Positions 27,424-37,174 of a stretch of DNA of 64,000 bases are shown one piece after another. Source of the DNA: a virus (lineage: Duplodnaviria; Caudoviricetes); IMG/VR virus record IMGVR_UViG_3300028832_000102, positions 32,001 to 96,000 of that record, one strand, 5' to 3'. Below the pieces are notes generated by a model. That model did no database searches. It worked only from the letters and a program-made list of their open reading frames with translations, and was not told the origin of the DNA. How positions within the stretch are numbered: the stretch's first letter is position 1; every line of letters begins with the position of its first letter. The translations under genes and the position numbers were made by a program.

Positions 27424-28506
27424 ATGATTAGAAAGATTGAAGGCTGTGAGTACCTGAAGCGGTACGACAACATGACGGCGCAGGAACGCGAGGACTACGA
27501 GAGTGTGGTGGGACAGTGGCTCAAAGAGAAAGCTCCGCTACTCGCTGGAAAGTGCAATTCATTCGAGGCACAAATGCAGAATATACTACAGATGGGGCTT
27601 GGGTGGAACGACCGGGAGTGTCAGGCTTTCGACGAGGGAGTCAAACTGTTGACGGCGTTGGTCAACACTGGTGAGACCTGGCTGCCTGACATGCTTTACG
27701 TCAAGTCCGTGAAAAGAGTGGTGAAGAGAATGACGATGGTGCTGGCTACGGCAGTGAAGCCCGTGGCGGAAGCGCCGAAAAACTCTGGTGCGACACCATC
27801 CAAGGTTATGACTATAACAAAAGAGACGGCGCAGCGCATTGTTGAGAAGTACACAAATAGGGTAAAAGAAAAAATGGAGCCCAACGAGGGAACAACAGCG
27901 AATCAAGATGCGACACCTGCTCGTCCTAAACACATAGACCAATACGTGCACCTGCTGCCTCAGAAGACGCAGGAGCACGCTGCGCAGGTACAGGGACTGT
28001 ATCGCGAGCTGGACGAGGCACGTCAGAAGATGGCACTGTTGATGGACGACCAGACAGCTACTCCTGCCGACCGCGAAGCATGGGCGAAGAAGGCTACGAA
28101 ATGCGACAACGCCCTGCGTAAGATCTTCGACGAGCTGGATGCTGAATGGGCCAATCTGGTGAAGTCGGGTAGGGTAATCGTTGATGACCTCGGGATGGCA
28201 CGAAACCTCACCCCCGACCCCTCTCCAAAGGGCGAGGGGAGTGATCAGACATCAGACATCAGACATCAGACCTCAGACCTTACCAGTGAACAGAAGGCAC
28301 GCCGTCGTGAGTTACGTAAGTGGCTGACAGACACCCGCAGGGGTAACGGTGCCGGACGTGAGGAGCGTGTGAAGCAATGGTATGTGAACTTCAAGGAATA
28401 CCTGACACTGGAGGGTGACAAGGCCTTTGAGGACGAGAAGATCAAAGAAGCCATCGCACACTATGGCATTGATAACGCTGCACTCAAAGAGGAAAATAAA
28501 TTGTAA
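27424..28506 (+). CDS. Hypothetical protein, 360 aa
   Basis: Long ORF; carries an in-frame REP and heptamer insert. Confidence 0.8.
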   Translation: MIRKIEGCEYLKRYDNMTAQEREDYESVVGQWLKEKAPLLAGKCNSFEAQMQNILQMGLGWNDRECQAFDEGVKLLTALVNTGETWLPDMLYVKSVKRVVKRMTMVLATAVKPVAEAPKNSGATPSKVMTITKETAQRIVEKYTNRVKEKMEPNEGTTANQDATPARPKHIDQYVHLLPQKTQEHAAQVQGLYRELDEARQKMALLMDDQTATPADREAWAKKATKCDNALRKIFDELDAEWANLVKSGRVIVDDLGMARNLTPDPSPKGEGSDQTSDIRHQTSDLTSEQKARRRELRKWLTDTRRGNGAGREERVKQWYVNFKEYLTLEGDKAFEDEKIKEAIAHYGIDNAALKEENKL

Positions 28507-28534
28507 ATTGTAAATAGTCAAATAGTAAATTGAT

Positions 28535-29044
28535 ATGACTTTTGAAACAATCGTAAGGAAATGGTGTAAGCTGTACAGACCAATACTGGACAAGCCGGAG
28601 AGCCGTAAGTTCTTCTTCACGGATTCGAGGGAGAACATGATCGAGATGGCGAAGGGGTGGAAGCCATCCACGTCACCTTGTGTGGTGATGGAGAGCGTGG
28701 CGGAGGGTGCTGGTTCTATTGAACGCCCCACCATGAACTACCCGATATATTTCTTTGTGAGGGCCGAGAAGCAGCGCGACGGCGACAAGGCGTGGCTGGC
28801 TGTAAAGGAGGCTCTTTCGCATAAAGACAATTTCCTTGCGTGGCTGAAAGACAAGTGTAACAAGGAGGAGGAAGAGGGAACGCGCGATGGTGACTTTTCG
28901 CGTATCAACCTGGATAATACCATTCAGGACATTACTACTATCGGTCCAATAGAGGATGGATGGTATGCAATACTGTTGCAGATAGAGCGCGAGGAACCTC
29001 TTAACCAATGTATCGACGAGGATCTGTACATTGAAGAAGACTGA
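28535..29044 (+). CDS. Hypothetical protein (possible tail completion protein)
   Basis: ORF in late region; function from context only. Confidence 0.65.
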   Translation: MTFETIVRKWCKLYRPILDKPESRKFFFTDSRENMIEMAKGWKPSTSPCVVMESVAEGAGSIERPTMNYPIYFFVRAEKQRDGDKAWLAVKEALSHKDNFLAWLKDKCNKEEEEGTRDGDFSRINLDNTIQDITTIGPIEDGWYAILLQIEREEPLNQCIDEDLYIEED

Positions 29045-29064
29045 GAAATTCACAAGGAACGCTT

Positions 29065-29394
29065 ATGCCAAAAAAAGACGATAAGAATTTTCACTGCACC
29101 GACATTCAGGCATTGAAGGATAATACCGAGAAGGCGGTGGAGGAGTTTTCAAGGCGATGGATATCCATGCCTAGTTTTACTGAGGACTGTGAGGTGATGG
29201 ACCAAAGACAGTTGCGCGACGCTATGGGACTGCATGCCACTATCGAGGCGGGAGATCCGTGGCCGAGGGCGGAGCAACTGCTGTTGCATGCGGGGTTCCG
29301 CTGGCACTGGCTGGGAGGTATGCGCGTGATGTTCCTGAAGGAGCGTGAGAACTATGAACCGGATGACGGGTGGGAGCGAGCGGAAGAGGTGTGA
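29065..29394 (+). CDS. Hypothetical protein, 109 aa
   Basis: ORF. Confidence 0.65.
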   Translation: MPKKDDKNFHCTDIQALKDNTEKAVEEFSRRWISMPSFTEDCEVMDQRQLRDAMGLHATIEAGDPWPRAEQLLLHAGFRWHWLGGMRVMFLKERENYEPDDGWERAEEV

Positions 29395-29487
29395 TGTTAG
29401 AGGGCTGAGGGCAGAGGTCAGCAAAACTATCCTCGTACCTCGCACCTCGTACCTCGTACTTCGATAGAAATTAAAATTACAACGCTT

Positions 29488-30150
29488 ATGATTTACAAAG
29501 TTGGAAGCAAAGGAGAAGTGGTAAAACAGATACAACGTGCGCTGGCCGGTGCAGGGCTTGGCGTGGCGGTGGATGGTATCTTTGGTGTGTTAACGGAGGA
29601 AGCAGTACGTGAGTTTCAGCGCACGCACGGCTTAAAGGCAGACGGCATTGTTGGTTCTGCCACCTTAGCTGTCTTAATCCCGTTTAGATTTAAGAAGTCG
29701 AAACGCAGGATCACGGATATCGTGATTCACTGCACGGCGAGTAAGGTGAGTAACGACCTGACGGTGGAGGACATCCGCCGGATGCACAAGAAGCAGGGGT
29801 GGTCGGATATCGGCTACCATTATGTCGTGACCTTAGACGGAAAAGTTCATAACGGGCGCGACGTTGACATTATAGGCGCGCATGTGAGTGGTTTTAACTC
29901 TTACAGCATTGGAATCGTGTATGTTGGCGGGTTGGACGAGCATGGGAAGCCAAAGGACACGCGTAACGACCTGCAGAAAGCCGCACTACTCAGCTTGCTG
30001 GTAGATCTGAGAAAACACTACCCGAAAGCGAAGATCAGTGGACATCGCGATTTCTCGCCCGATCTGAACGGCAATGGCGTCGTGGAAGAGAGCGAATATA
30101 TTAAATGGTGCCCCTGCTTTGACGCAATGACGGAGTACCGAAACATCTAA
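29488..30150 (+). CDS. Endolysin: PG-binding domain + N-acetylmuramoyl-L-alanine amidase (Amidase_2)
   Basis: VDGIFG..T..AVREFQ..GL.ADGIVG; IVIHCTA, DIGYHY, GAHV, GHRD, CPCFD. Confidence 0.95.
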   Translation: MIYKVGSKGEVVKQIQRALAGAGLGVAVDGIFGVLTEEAVREFQRTHGLKADGIVGSATLAVLIPFRFKKSKRRITDIVIHCTASKVSNDLTVEDIRRMHKKQGWSDIGYHYVVTLDGKVHNGRDVDIIGAHVSGFNSYSIGIVYVGGLDEHGKPKDTRNDLQKAALLSLLVDLRKHYPKAKISGHRDFSPDLNGNGVVEESEYIKWCPCFDAMTEYRNI

Positions 30151-30190
30151 CGGTTATTGTTTATTGTTTAACGTTTAACGGTTATTGTTT

Positions 30191-30814
30191 ATGGCACAAC
30201 CAAGTACGATACCACAACAGCTGATGACATCGGCGTTGTTACACTTCGAGAACGGCGTACCTATTGACGACTGTAACTGTCGTGTTGACCAGAAGCAACG
30301 GCTGGCACGCGTGAGTCATGTCTATTGGATATGGAAGAAGAATCCTTTTCTGGACACTTTTCAACTATTCAAACAATTGCTAAAGGGAAAGTGTGTAGAC
30401 CGCCATAGCGAGTGGCATGCTGCCAAGAAAGACCAGACACTTTTTGACTTTGTAGTGCAGCATGTAGCACCGACGGACCGTAAGGTGCAGGAGGAGCGTG
30501 TACGTGCCTCGGCCAACCACCTGATGCGTATGGGCATGGAGACGGATAATGCCTTCGCCATCGCCGACGGTGCGAAGATAGCCATGAAGCTCGACCGCCT
30601 GGATCAGCCGGAGAGTGAGCAGGCGGATATGAGTAAAGTGATGTTCCTGCCACCGGTGGTGACAACGAGCGCCAAGGAGGTTGACGACACCAAAGAGGAC
30701 GTAGACGATCAGGAGATGAAGCGTATCATGGCGAAGTATAACGGCTACGTCGATGAGAAGGAACGCGACATCGAAAAGATGGTGGAAGTGATGGAAGCGA
30801 AAGCAGGGGAGTAA
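30191..30814 (+). CDS. Putative terminase small subunit
   Basis: Position just upstream of TerL and size; no diagnostic motif. Confidence 0.5.
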   Translation: MAQPSTIPQQLMTSALLHFENGVPIDDCNCRVDQKQRLARVSHVYWIWKKNPFLDTFQLFKQLLKGKCVDRHSEWHAAKKDQTLFDFVVQHVAPTDRKVQEERVRASANHLMRMGMETDNAFAIADGAKIAMKLDRLDQPESEQADMSKVMFLPPVVTTSAKEVDDTKEDVDDQEMKRIMAKYNGYVDEKERDIEKMVEVMEAKAGE

Positions 30815-31084
30815 GGAATCGCACATGTTTATTTCAAAAACGGTCCTCGTTCCTGCGGAGTGTTTTTGAAACAAACATGATGCGACTGAGAAAAGGAAAA
30901 AGTAAATAAGGCCGTAAGAGAGAGCGATATGAAGAATCTGCATCCATCACAACGCCCGGCGCATCTCCGTCGGGAGAAAGAAAACAAGGACAAACCACTG
31001 CCGAAGAAGACGGACGGCGATACATCCCTGGAGATGGAGAAACTCTTCGGTTTCCGTCCTATAGGCATGGAATGGTAAAAGCGT

Positions 31085-33007
31085 ATGAGTAGAATAGGAA
31101 GCAACCCAGCAGTAAGCAGCGACCATCTGGAAGCCAGAATGCTGCCAAATGTTGAAAACCCTGAACGAGAGTCTGAAGAGAAGGGCGAGTACATGGACTA
31201 CATGGGCGACGGTCAGCATAAGGTATATATGGCTCCGTGGCAGAAGAAGGTGCGCAACTTCGGTTCACGGTCCACGAAGGTGCTGGCTGGACGCGGTACT
31301 GGTAAGTCGGCTTTCCTCGCCTTCAACATGGCCGACGTGACTATCGGCCTGCCTCGAATGATGGGCGGCTTCTGTGGTGCCAGTGCCAAGCAAAACTACA
31401 CCCGAACCATGCCGAACGTGCTGAAAATCATGAACTTGCTCGGCTTCACGGAGGGCGTTTACTATTTTATGGGACAGCCGCCTGCCAAACTCCGTTGGCC
31501 TACACCATTGGCCAAGCCGAGAGTGTGGGAAAACTGTGTGTCGTTCGCCAACGGATTTGTATGGCAGATGATATCGTTAGCAGTAAAGGGTAGTGCCAAC
31601 GGATTAAACCTCTCAGCACTGATGGGCGACGAGACGAAGTACATGCCGTGGCAACGTGTGAAGGAAGAAGTGCTGCCTACGCTACGCGGTGACTTTCTGC
31701 CACCGTCGGTACGGAAGGTGGAACAGAAGCGGTGGGGCTATGGTGTAGATCCCAAACGGAACAACCATTACCTTTCACAATTATGGGTTAGCGACGCGGG
31801 GCTTAATAACCGCGAGTGCCTATGGGAGAAGGATGCTGAGTTTGAGACACTGGAGGTGAATGATAAAATAAAGGTGAAGATGGCTGAACTACGGTACGCC
31901 GAGCGCCATCACCCAAAGCTGGCAGCAGAGTTGGCACAGAACGATAATTTCCTGCGCGAGTTATATGCGCTCCGTACTCAGTCTGAATCATTCTGGCGTT
32001 TCTCCAGCATCGAGAACTTAGCACTTTTGGGAGGACAGTCATGGCTTAACCAAATGAAACGTGAGCTACCCGACCTGCTGTTCCGTCTTCAAATCCTTAA
32101 CCAGCCTCGTGGAACGGCCAAGGATGGCTTCTACTGTAATTTCTCGGAACTGAATACCTACGAAAGCGACGAGGTGACCGACATAGTTTTGGATAAATAC
32201 AGTACCCGTATCAAGGGTAAGGCACTCGACGGGCAGCGGTGGCCGACAGACTATGAAGCGCTCTCATTGGACTACAACCAGTTGCAGCACGACGGAGAGG
32301 ACTGTAGTCTGGACCTCGACCTCGACTACAAGGAGCCTTTGAGGATAGCACTGGATGCCAATGCAGACATCAACTGCTTTGTTGTTGGTCAGACGCGCCT
32401 TTATCAAGGCCGTGCAGCGGTGCTGGTGATGAAGGAGTTCTTTGTGCAGGACGAGATACGTTTGCGTGGGTTATCGAAGTTGTTTGCCCAGTACTACAAG
32501 CCTTTCCTGCGTCGTGGCTGCGGCGAGGTCATTTTCTATGTGGCCAGCAGTATCAAGCAGGGTGCCAACAAGGCATACGCCCTGGAAGAGTCGGAGAAGA
32601 GTCGCTTCGACATCGTGGTGGCCGACGAGCTGACCAGCTACGGTTTCAAGGTGACACGTGCCGAGTTCAATTCTTGGCGACAGGAACGCAAGTACCAGTT
32701 CTTGAACGACTGCTTTTCTGGTGTCGAGTCACCCGCTGTCTATATCAACCGTGAGGCGGGCCGCTGCGTCTATCTACGTGCAGCACTCGAAAACGCCGCC
32801 ATCGTACCCGGTACCTTCCGTAAGTACAAAGATAACGAGAAGCTGCGCTCGGAAGAGGGTGTCGGTGGTGACAAGAGAACCCGAACGACCATTACCGATG
32901 CCTTCGATGACCTGATTATCGGTGTCAAGGAGTGTGCCGAGACGCGCAAGGCTATTGGTGGCGGTCTGAAAGGCAGATTCCAAAACCTTGCCGTCATTCC
33001 CCGATAA
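31085..33007 (+). CDS. terL: Terminase large subunit
   Basis: AGRGTGKS Walker A, MGDETKY Walker B, IALDAN nuclease Asp, TDAFDD C-terminal motif. Confidence 0.85.
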   Translation: MSRIGSNPAVSSDHLEARMLPNVENPERESEEKGEYMDYMGDGQHKVYMAPWQKKVRNFGSRSTKVLAGRGTGKSAFLAFNMADVTIGLPRMMGGFCGASAKQNYTRTMPNVLKIMNLLGFTEGVYYFMGQPPAKLRWPTPLAKPRVWENCVSFANGFVWQMISLAVKGSANGLNLSALMGDETKYMPWQRVKEEVLPTLRGDFLPPSVRKVEQKRWGYGVDPKRNNHYLSQLWVSDAGLNNRECLWEKDAEFETLEVNDKIKVKMAELRYAERHHPKLAAELAQNDNFLRELYALRTQSESFWRFSSIENLALLGGQSWLNQMKRELPDLLFRLQILNQPRGTAKDGFYCNFSELNTYESDEVTDIVLDKYSTRIKGKALDGQRWPTDYEALSLDYNQLQHDGEDCSLDLDLDYKEPLRIALDANADINCFVVGQTRLYQGRAAVLVMKEFFVQDEIRLRGLSKLFAQYYKPFLRRGCGEVIFYVASSIKQGANKAYALEESEKSRFDIVVADELTSYGFKVTRAEFNSWRQERKYQFLNDCFSGVESPAVYINREAGRCVYLRAALENAAIVPGTFRKYKDNEKLRSEEGVGGDKRTRTTITDAFDDLIIGVKECAETRKAIGGGLKGRFQNLAVIPR

Positions 33008-33056
33008 TTCCCCCGTAAAATTTTTACGGATATGTATAACTTAAAACAAAATCATT

Positions 33057-33389
33057 ATGGAAGTAACTGTTATTGACGTATTGAAACAGATGGCCATCGT
33101 CATTCCTTCAATCCTCGTGGGTACACAGACCATCACGGCAGCCATCCATGGCGCATTCAAGATTGAGAACAAGAACATCGTGCATGCCATCTCGTGGATT
33201 GTTGCCACGCTGGCAGGTCTGGGTTTTGTGGCTTTCAACGGTCTGGACTTCGGACTACCTATGGTATGGAACTATGTCATAGGAGGAATCTGTGGCCTTA
33301 TTGTTGGAGGCTGCTCTAACGGCTGGTATGACTGGCCATGGGTTGAGAAGATCTTTGACGCTATCACCGCACTATTCGGAAAGAAGTAG
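33057..33389 (+). CDS. Putative holin (3 TM)
   Basis: Three hydrophobic helices, GGCSNGWYD, basic C-terminus. Confidence 0.65.
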   Translation: MEVTVIDVLKQMAIVIPSILVGTQTITAAIHGAFKIENKNIVHAISWIVATLAGLGFVAFNGLDFGLPMVWNYVIGGICGLIVGGCSNGWYDWPWVEKIFDAITALFGKK

Positions 33390-33556
33390 TGATACCGTTA
33401 GATGTTATCTACAACCAGGACTGCCTGGATGGCCTACGCCGTCTTCCAGACGGATGTGTTGACCTGTGCATCGCCGACCCGCCGTATGCCTTCAAGGCGA
33501 CGACGGGTGGCAGTGCAACGTATAGAAGATTCCTGCCCTTGTCGTTTGTAGAGTAA
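33389..33556 (+). pseudogene. N-terminal remnant of a beta-class N6A/N4C DNA methyltransferase
   Basis: IYNQDCLDGLRRLPDGCVDLCIADPPY, stop after 55 aa. Confidence 0.8.
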
Positions 33557-33593
33557 AACGTTATATTGCAGACAAAATTAAACGTTTGATTTT

Positions 33594-35543
33594 ATGGGAA
33601 ATAAGAACAAGAAATCTTCCGCACCGATACTCAGACCCAAGACCATGAGTGAGTTTCAGGCGCTGAACCAGCGGCTCAACAAGCAGGGATTTATTGCCAT
33701 TGACTTCCTGAAGCAGGGAGGCGTGAAGAGTATCTCGCTGGGTGATGGCGACAAGGCAGAGAAGGGCGCACGGGAGATGCAGGACTCGATGAACTGTGGC
33801 ACGTGGAGCAACGGGCCGCTGGGAATGGTGGCGTGGAGGTTTGACAGTCGTGACACGGATAGCGTTGATAAAGTGTATGACGTGGATGGTAAGACGGAAC
33901 TTGGATTAGGATTCGTACACTGGGGACCCGGTAATAATATTCCCTCTGTCATTCCACCGCTGGCGCAGTCGAGTCCCTATACCGCTGCACCGCTGCGCTA
34001 TATCGCCGACTTGACATCTGGTCTTGGTCCGGCTTTGATGTATCGTTTCCCCGATGGTTCTCTAAGCGACTTCCGTACAGCGGAATACAAGCTGGTGGAG
34101 ATGATTGAAAAGGCGGAGGAGAAGGAACGTCGGAAGGAGCAGGAGAATCAAGGCCAGGTGCGCACTGGAAACACAGGCAGTATCGGTGAACTCACCAAGC
34201 TGAAGAATCTTATCGGCGACTACGTGATGACCAATCTCGGACTGATGACCATACAGGATGCCGTAAGGATTAATGAGCGACAGAAAGTGAAAGGGCTGGA
34301 ACCCGGAGAACAGAAACTGGAGGTAGAAGATATCCGTCCGCTATCCAAGCGTCATAACGCCGACTACTGGCTCAAGCGCCTCACAGAATGGCAACGCACA
34401 TGGTATGGCAAGGATGTGAAGGACGCCATTGGCAACGACCGTCACATCATTGGCATCAAGGAGTTCCTAGAGGAGAACAATCTGAATCTCCACCTGTCGC
34501 AGTGTATGCAGGACGATGTGATGCTGGACATCTATTTCCCGACCATAGGTTTTGACAACAAGGGAACGCGTGGCGTCTGGGAGCCAATCATCAACTCTGT
34601 ATCGTTCCTGCCTGCCCATTCCACAAGACTCGAGAAGCAGAACGAAACCCGCCATATCAACCATTGTTATTTCAGTGATCAGTGGCGTACGCTCGGACCA
34701 GGAACAGCAAAGACCATTGCCCCTGAACAGACGAAAGTAAAGATGTTTCCTGCATGTATGCCACAGCAGTTATTGCGTGACATGCGCTACATCGTACAGT
34801 CGAACCAGAAGACGGCGGCGGGTCGCAGACCTATGTGGGTGGTATGTCCTACATTCTACCCCTCACTTAACAAGCCTTACTATCCGCAGCCGGCATGGTG
34901 GAGCGTGTTTACCAGCAAGGCTTTCGACTTCTCAGCCACTATCCTGTACGACAAGTACAAGGCACGCGAAAACTCTACCTCTTGGGGTAAGATTATCTAT
35001 ATCTCGCTGGACTACCTGAATATGATCTTCGCCGACGAAGGCGTTGAGGGCGACAAGGATGCTCAGCAGAAGTTTATCGAGGATCTGGATAATAACGTGG
35101 AGCAGTTCCTGCAGCGCCGCGAGAACAACGGCAAGATGATGCGTCAGTTTATGTGGACCGACCAGAAGGGCGATGAACACTATAACGTGAAGATTGTCGA
35201 TGTGGCTGAAACCAAGCAGGATGAAATCAAAGCCGGTAAGGAGGAACTGGAGCTCAGCACATCACCTATCTTCTTGGCATTACAGGTAGACCCGCGATTG
35301 GTGGGCGTGCCCATGGTGGCAGCCTCTAACGGAGGTACGGCGCTGCGCGAAATGGCACTATTGAAGCAGCAGCAGTTGAACCCTAAACAGCGTCTTTATG
35401 AGGGTTTCCTGAATGCTGTGCTCCGCTTCAACGGATGGGACAACGACGGATGTGCCGAGTTTCATATCAAGCAACAGACATTTACCACACTGGACAATAG
35501 TAAGACGGGTACCGTGGAGACTATTGCAGGTGAAGGGGCATAA
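33594..35543 (+). CDS. Portal protein
   Basis: After TerL; WGPGNNIP, YYPQPAWWS, VDPRLVG, SNGGTALRE patterns recalled from Bacteroidetes phage portals. Confidence 0.75.
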   Translation: MGNKNKKSSAPILRPKTMSEFQALNQRLNKQGFIAIDFLKQGGVKSISLGDGDKAEKGAREMQDSMNCGTWSNGPLGMVAWRFDSRDTDSVDKVYDVDGKTELGLGFVHWGPGNNIPSVIPPLAQSSPYTAAPLRYIADLTSGLGPALMYRFPDGSLSDFRTAEYKLVEMIEKAEEKERRKEQENQGQVRTGNTGSIGELTKLKNLIGDYVMTNLGLMTIQDAVRINERQKVKGLEPGEQKLEVEDIRPLSKRHNADYWLKRLTEWQRTWYGKDVKDAIGNDRHIIGIKEFLEENNLNLHLSQCMQDDVMLDIYFPTIGFDNKGTRGVWEPIINSVSFLPAHSTRLEKQNETRHINHCYFSDQWRTLGPGTAKTIAPEQTKVKMFPACMPQQLLRDMRYIVQSNQKTAAGRRPMWVVCPTFYPSLNKPYYPQPAWWSVFTSKAFDFSATILYDKYKARENSTSWGKIIYISLDYLNMIFADEGVEGDKDAQQKFIEDLDNNVEQFLQRRENNGKMMRQFMWTDQKGDEHYNVKIVDVAETKQDEIKAGKEELELSTSPIFLALQVDPRLVGVPMVAASNGGTALREMALLKQQQLNPKQRLYEGFLNAVLRFNGWDNDGCAEFHIKQQTFTTLDNSKTGTVETIAGEGA

Positions 35544-35580
35544 CCAACACAAATTATTTTTTCAAAGTTTTTTTTATTCC

Positions 35581-35619
35581 AAAGGCAAGGGTGGCTGTGA
35601 AGTTATCCTTGCCTTTTGT
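35581..35619 (+). terminator. Intrinsic terminator-like hairpin after portal
   Basis: AAAGGCAAGG...CCTTGCCTTT followed by TGT. Confidence 0.5.
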
Positions 35620-35710
35620 CTGAACAAATATTGCCCTTGGCTGCGCCGAGCGTGTTTGCCCTTGATACCACGCTTTTTATTACGTATTTTCGTATCAAAA
35701 AAAAGATAAT

Positions 35711-36241
35711 ATGTTTTTTGCACGCATATTCAGACGGAAGGAGATGAAAGCCCCGGTACGCACCCTGCGCATCGATGGTGTGAAGACCATCCTCACTCCA
35801 AAGCCCGACGATGCAGAGTTGGCAGCAACGGCTTTGTTTGAAACGATGGCGAAGACAGAGGTGAGAAGTGAGAGGTCAGAGGTGAGAGAAAAGAAACCGA
35901 AGCAAGGTACACCGGCCTACTACAAAGATCTGTCGGATAAGATACACGCTGCCCGCGAGCAAGAACGCCGCGCCGCCATGCGGTATGTAGCCTACGTGGA
36001 AACAAAAATTGAAGAATTGAAAAATTCTAAAATTGAAGAACTTCAATCCTTTGATCTTTCCATTCTTCCATCCTTAGAGCACGGCCTCTACCAGCATCAG
36101 GATGCCATTGAGCGTGAAGGCGGGGAGTTGAAGAAGCGGTGGCAGAGGTGCCTGGCGGAACTGACAGTGATGGAAATGGAATCTTTAGCAGTTAGTGCAG
36201 AGAATCAAGAAACCAATAACGAAGAAAACAAAATAAATTAG
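35711..36241 (+). CDS. Hypothetical protein, 176 aa
   Basis: ORF after late-promoter motif. Confidence 0.65.
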   Translation: MFFARIFRRKEMKAPVRTLRIDGVKTILTPKPDDAELAATALFETMAKTEVRSERSEVREKKPKQGTPAYYKDLSDKIHAAREQERRAAMRYVAYVETKIEELKNSKIEELQSFDLSILPSLEHGLYQHQDAIEREGGELKKRWQRCLAELTVMEMESLAVSAENQETNNEENKIN

Positions 36242-36245
36242 CGAT

Positions 36246-36527
36246 ATGACGAAGCAGGGTATTATTGAGAGAGTGAACAGCATCATGGCCGCCAAGGTGG
36301 GCATTGACCCCAACGACATCAAGCCAGAGGATTTTTACGACGAGCTTGGTGCCGACTCTATACAGTGTATCGAGGTGTTGATGGAAATAGAGAAGGTATT
36401 TATTATCGACATTCCAAGCGACCGACTGATGCGCGTCACAACCATGCAGCACGTGTACGACCTCGTGGAGCAGGTGCTCAGCGAGGAAGAAGCATACGCT
36501 AATCAAATCTTAAAGCAGACACTGTAG
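36246..36527 (+). CDS. Acyl carrier protein-like
   Basis: ELGADSIQCIEVLMEIEKVFIIDIP; conserved phosphopantetheine-accepting Ser. Confidence 0.85.
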   Translation: MTKQGIIERVNSIMAAKVGIDPNDIKPEDFYDELGADSIQCIEVLMEIEKVFIIDIPSDRLMRVTTMQHVYDLVEQVLSEEEAYANQILKQTL

Positions 36528-36530
36528 ATT

Positions 36531-37136
36531 ATGGCTTTACTCAGTGAAATACAAGAACGCTCTTGGACAAAAGACAAATACGGCGACAACGTGCTGAGAT
36601 TTCAGTTCGATTGGCGCGACACACGTATCATGGCGTGGATTAACAACTTTGCCCGCATCACCCGCGAGAATACGTTAGGCGACGTGGATCGTCAGGGTAT
36701 TGGCTACTACAACAAGAATCGCAAGAGGAGAAAGAAGGTGACTACGCATAAGTTACGCCGGTCGCTAAAATGGCGCACATGGGCAGCCAGTGGTGGCGAT
36801 GCACAGGTGTTCGAGGCACGCTATATCTACTATGCCAAGTTCGTGGAACTGGCTGTTGGCAACAAAGAGAAGTATGACAGTCCTGTGCCGGACATCCCGC
36901 ACAAGCAGTGGAAGCCTATCACCGTGCCAACACGTAGCCGCAAGGGTAAGCCACACGTGGTGACAGAGATGCGCACACAGGCCAGCAAGTTTACCGCCTT
37001 TGCGCGAGCCCAGTTCTCGTATGCCGGCACCATGTATATGCTCTACGCCATGGGCGGCAAGAAAGACCCCGTCATTGCTGAAGCTGTGAACAGAGCTTTG
37101 TTCTGGGCTTTGCGCCAGGAAAAGACAACACGATAA
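36531..37136 (+). CDS. Basic virion morphogenesis/neck-like protein
   Basis: T.KLRRSL and YYAKFVELAVG resemble tail-completion/neck proteins; precedes tape measure. Confidence 0.55.
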   Translation: MALLSEIQERSWTKDKYGDNVLRFQFDWRDTRIMAWINNFARITRENTLGDVDRQGIGYYNKNRKRRKKVTTHKLRRSLKWRTWAASGGDAQVFEARYIYYAKFVELAVGNKEKYDSPVPDIPHKQWKPITVPTRSRKGKPHVVTEMRTQASKFTAFARAQFSYAGTMYMLYAMGGKKDPVIAEAVNRALFWALRQEKTTR

Positions 37137-37174
37137 CACCAACACACAACTAACAGACTTATTATTTCACCATT

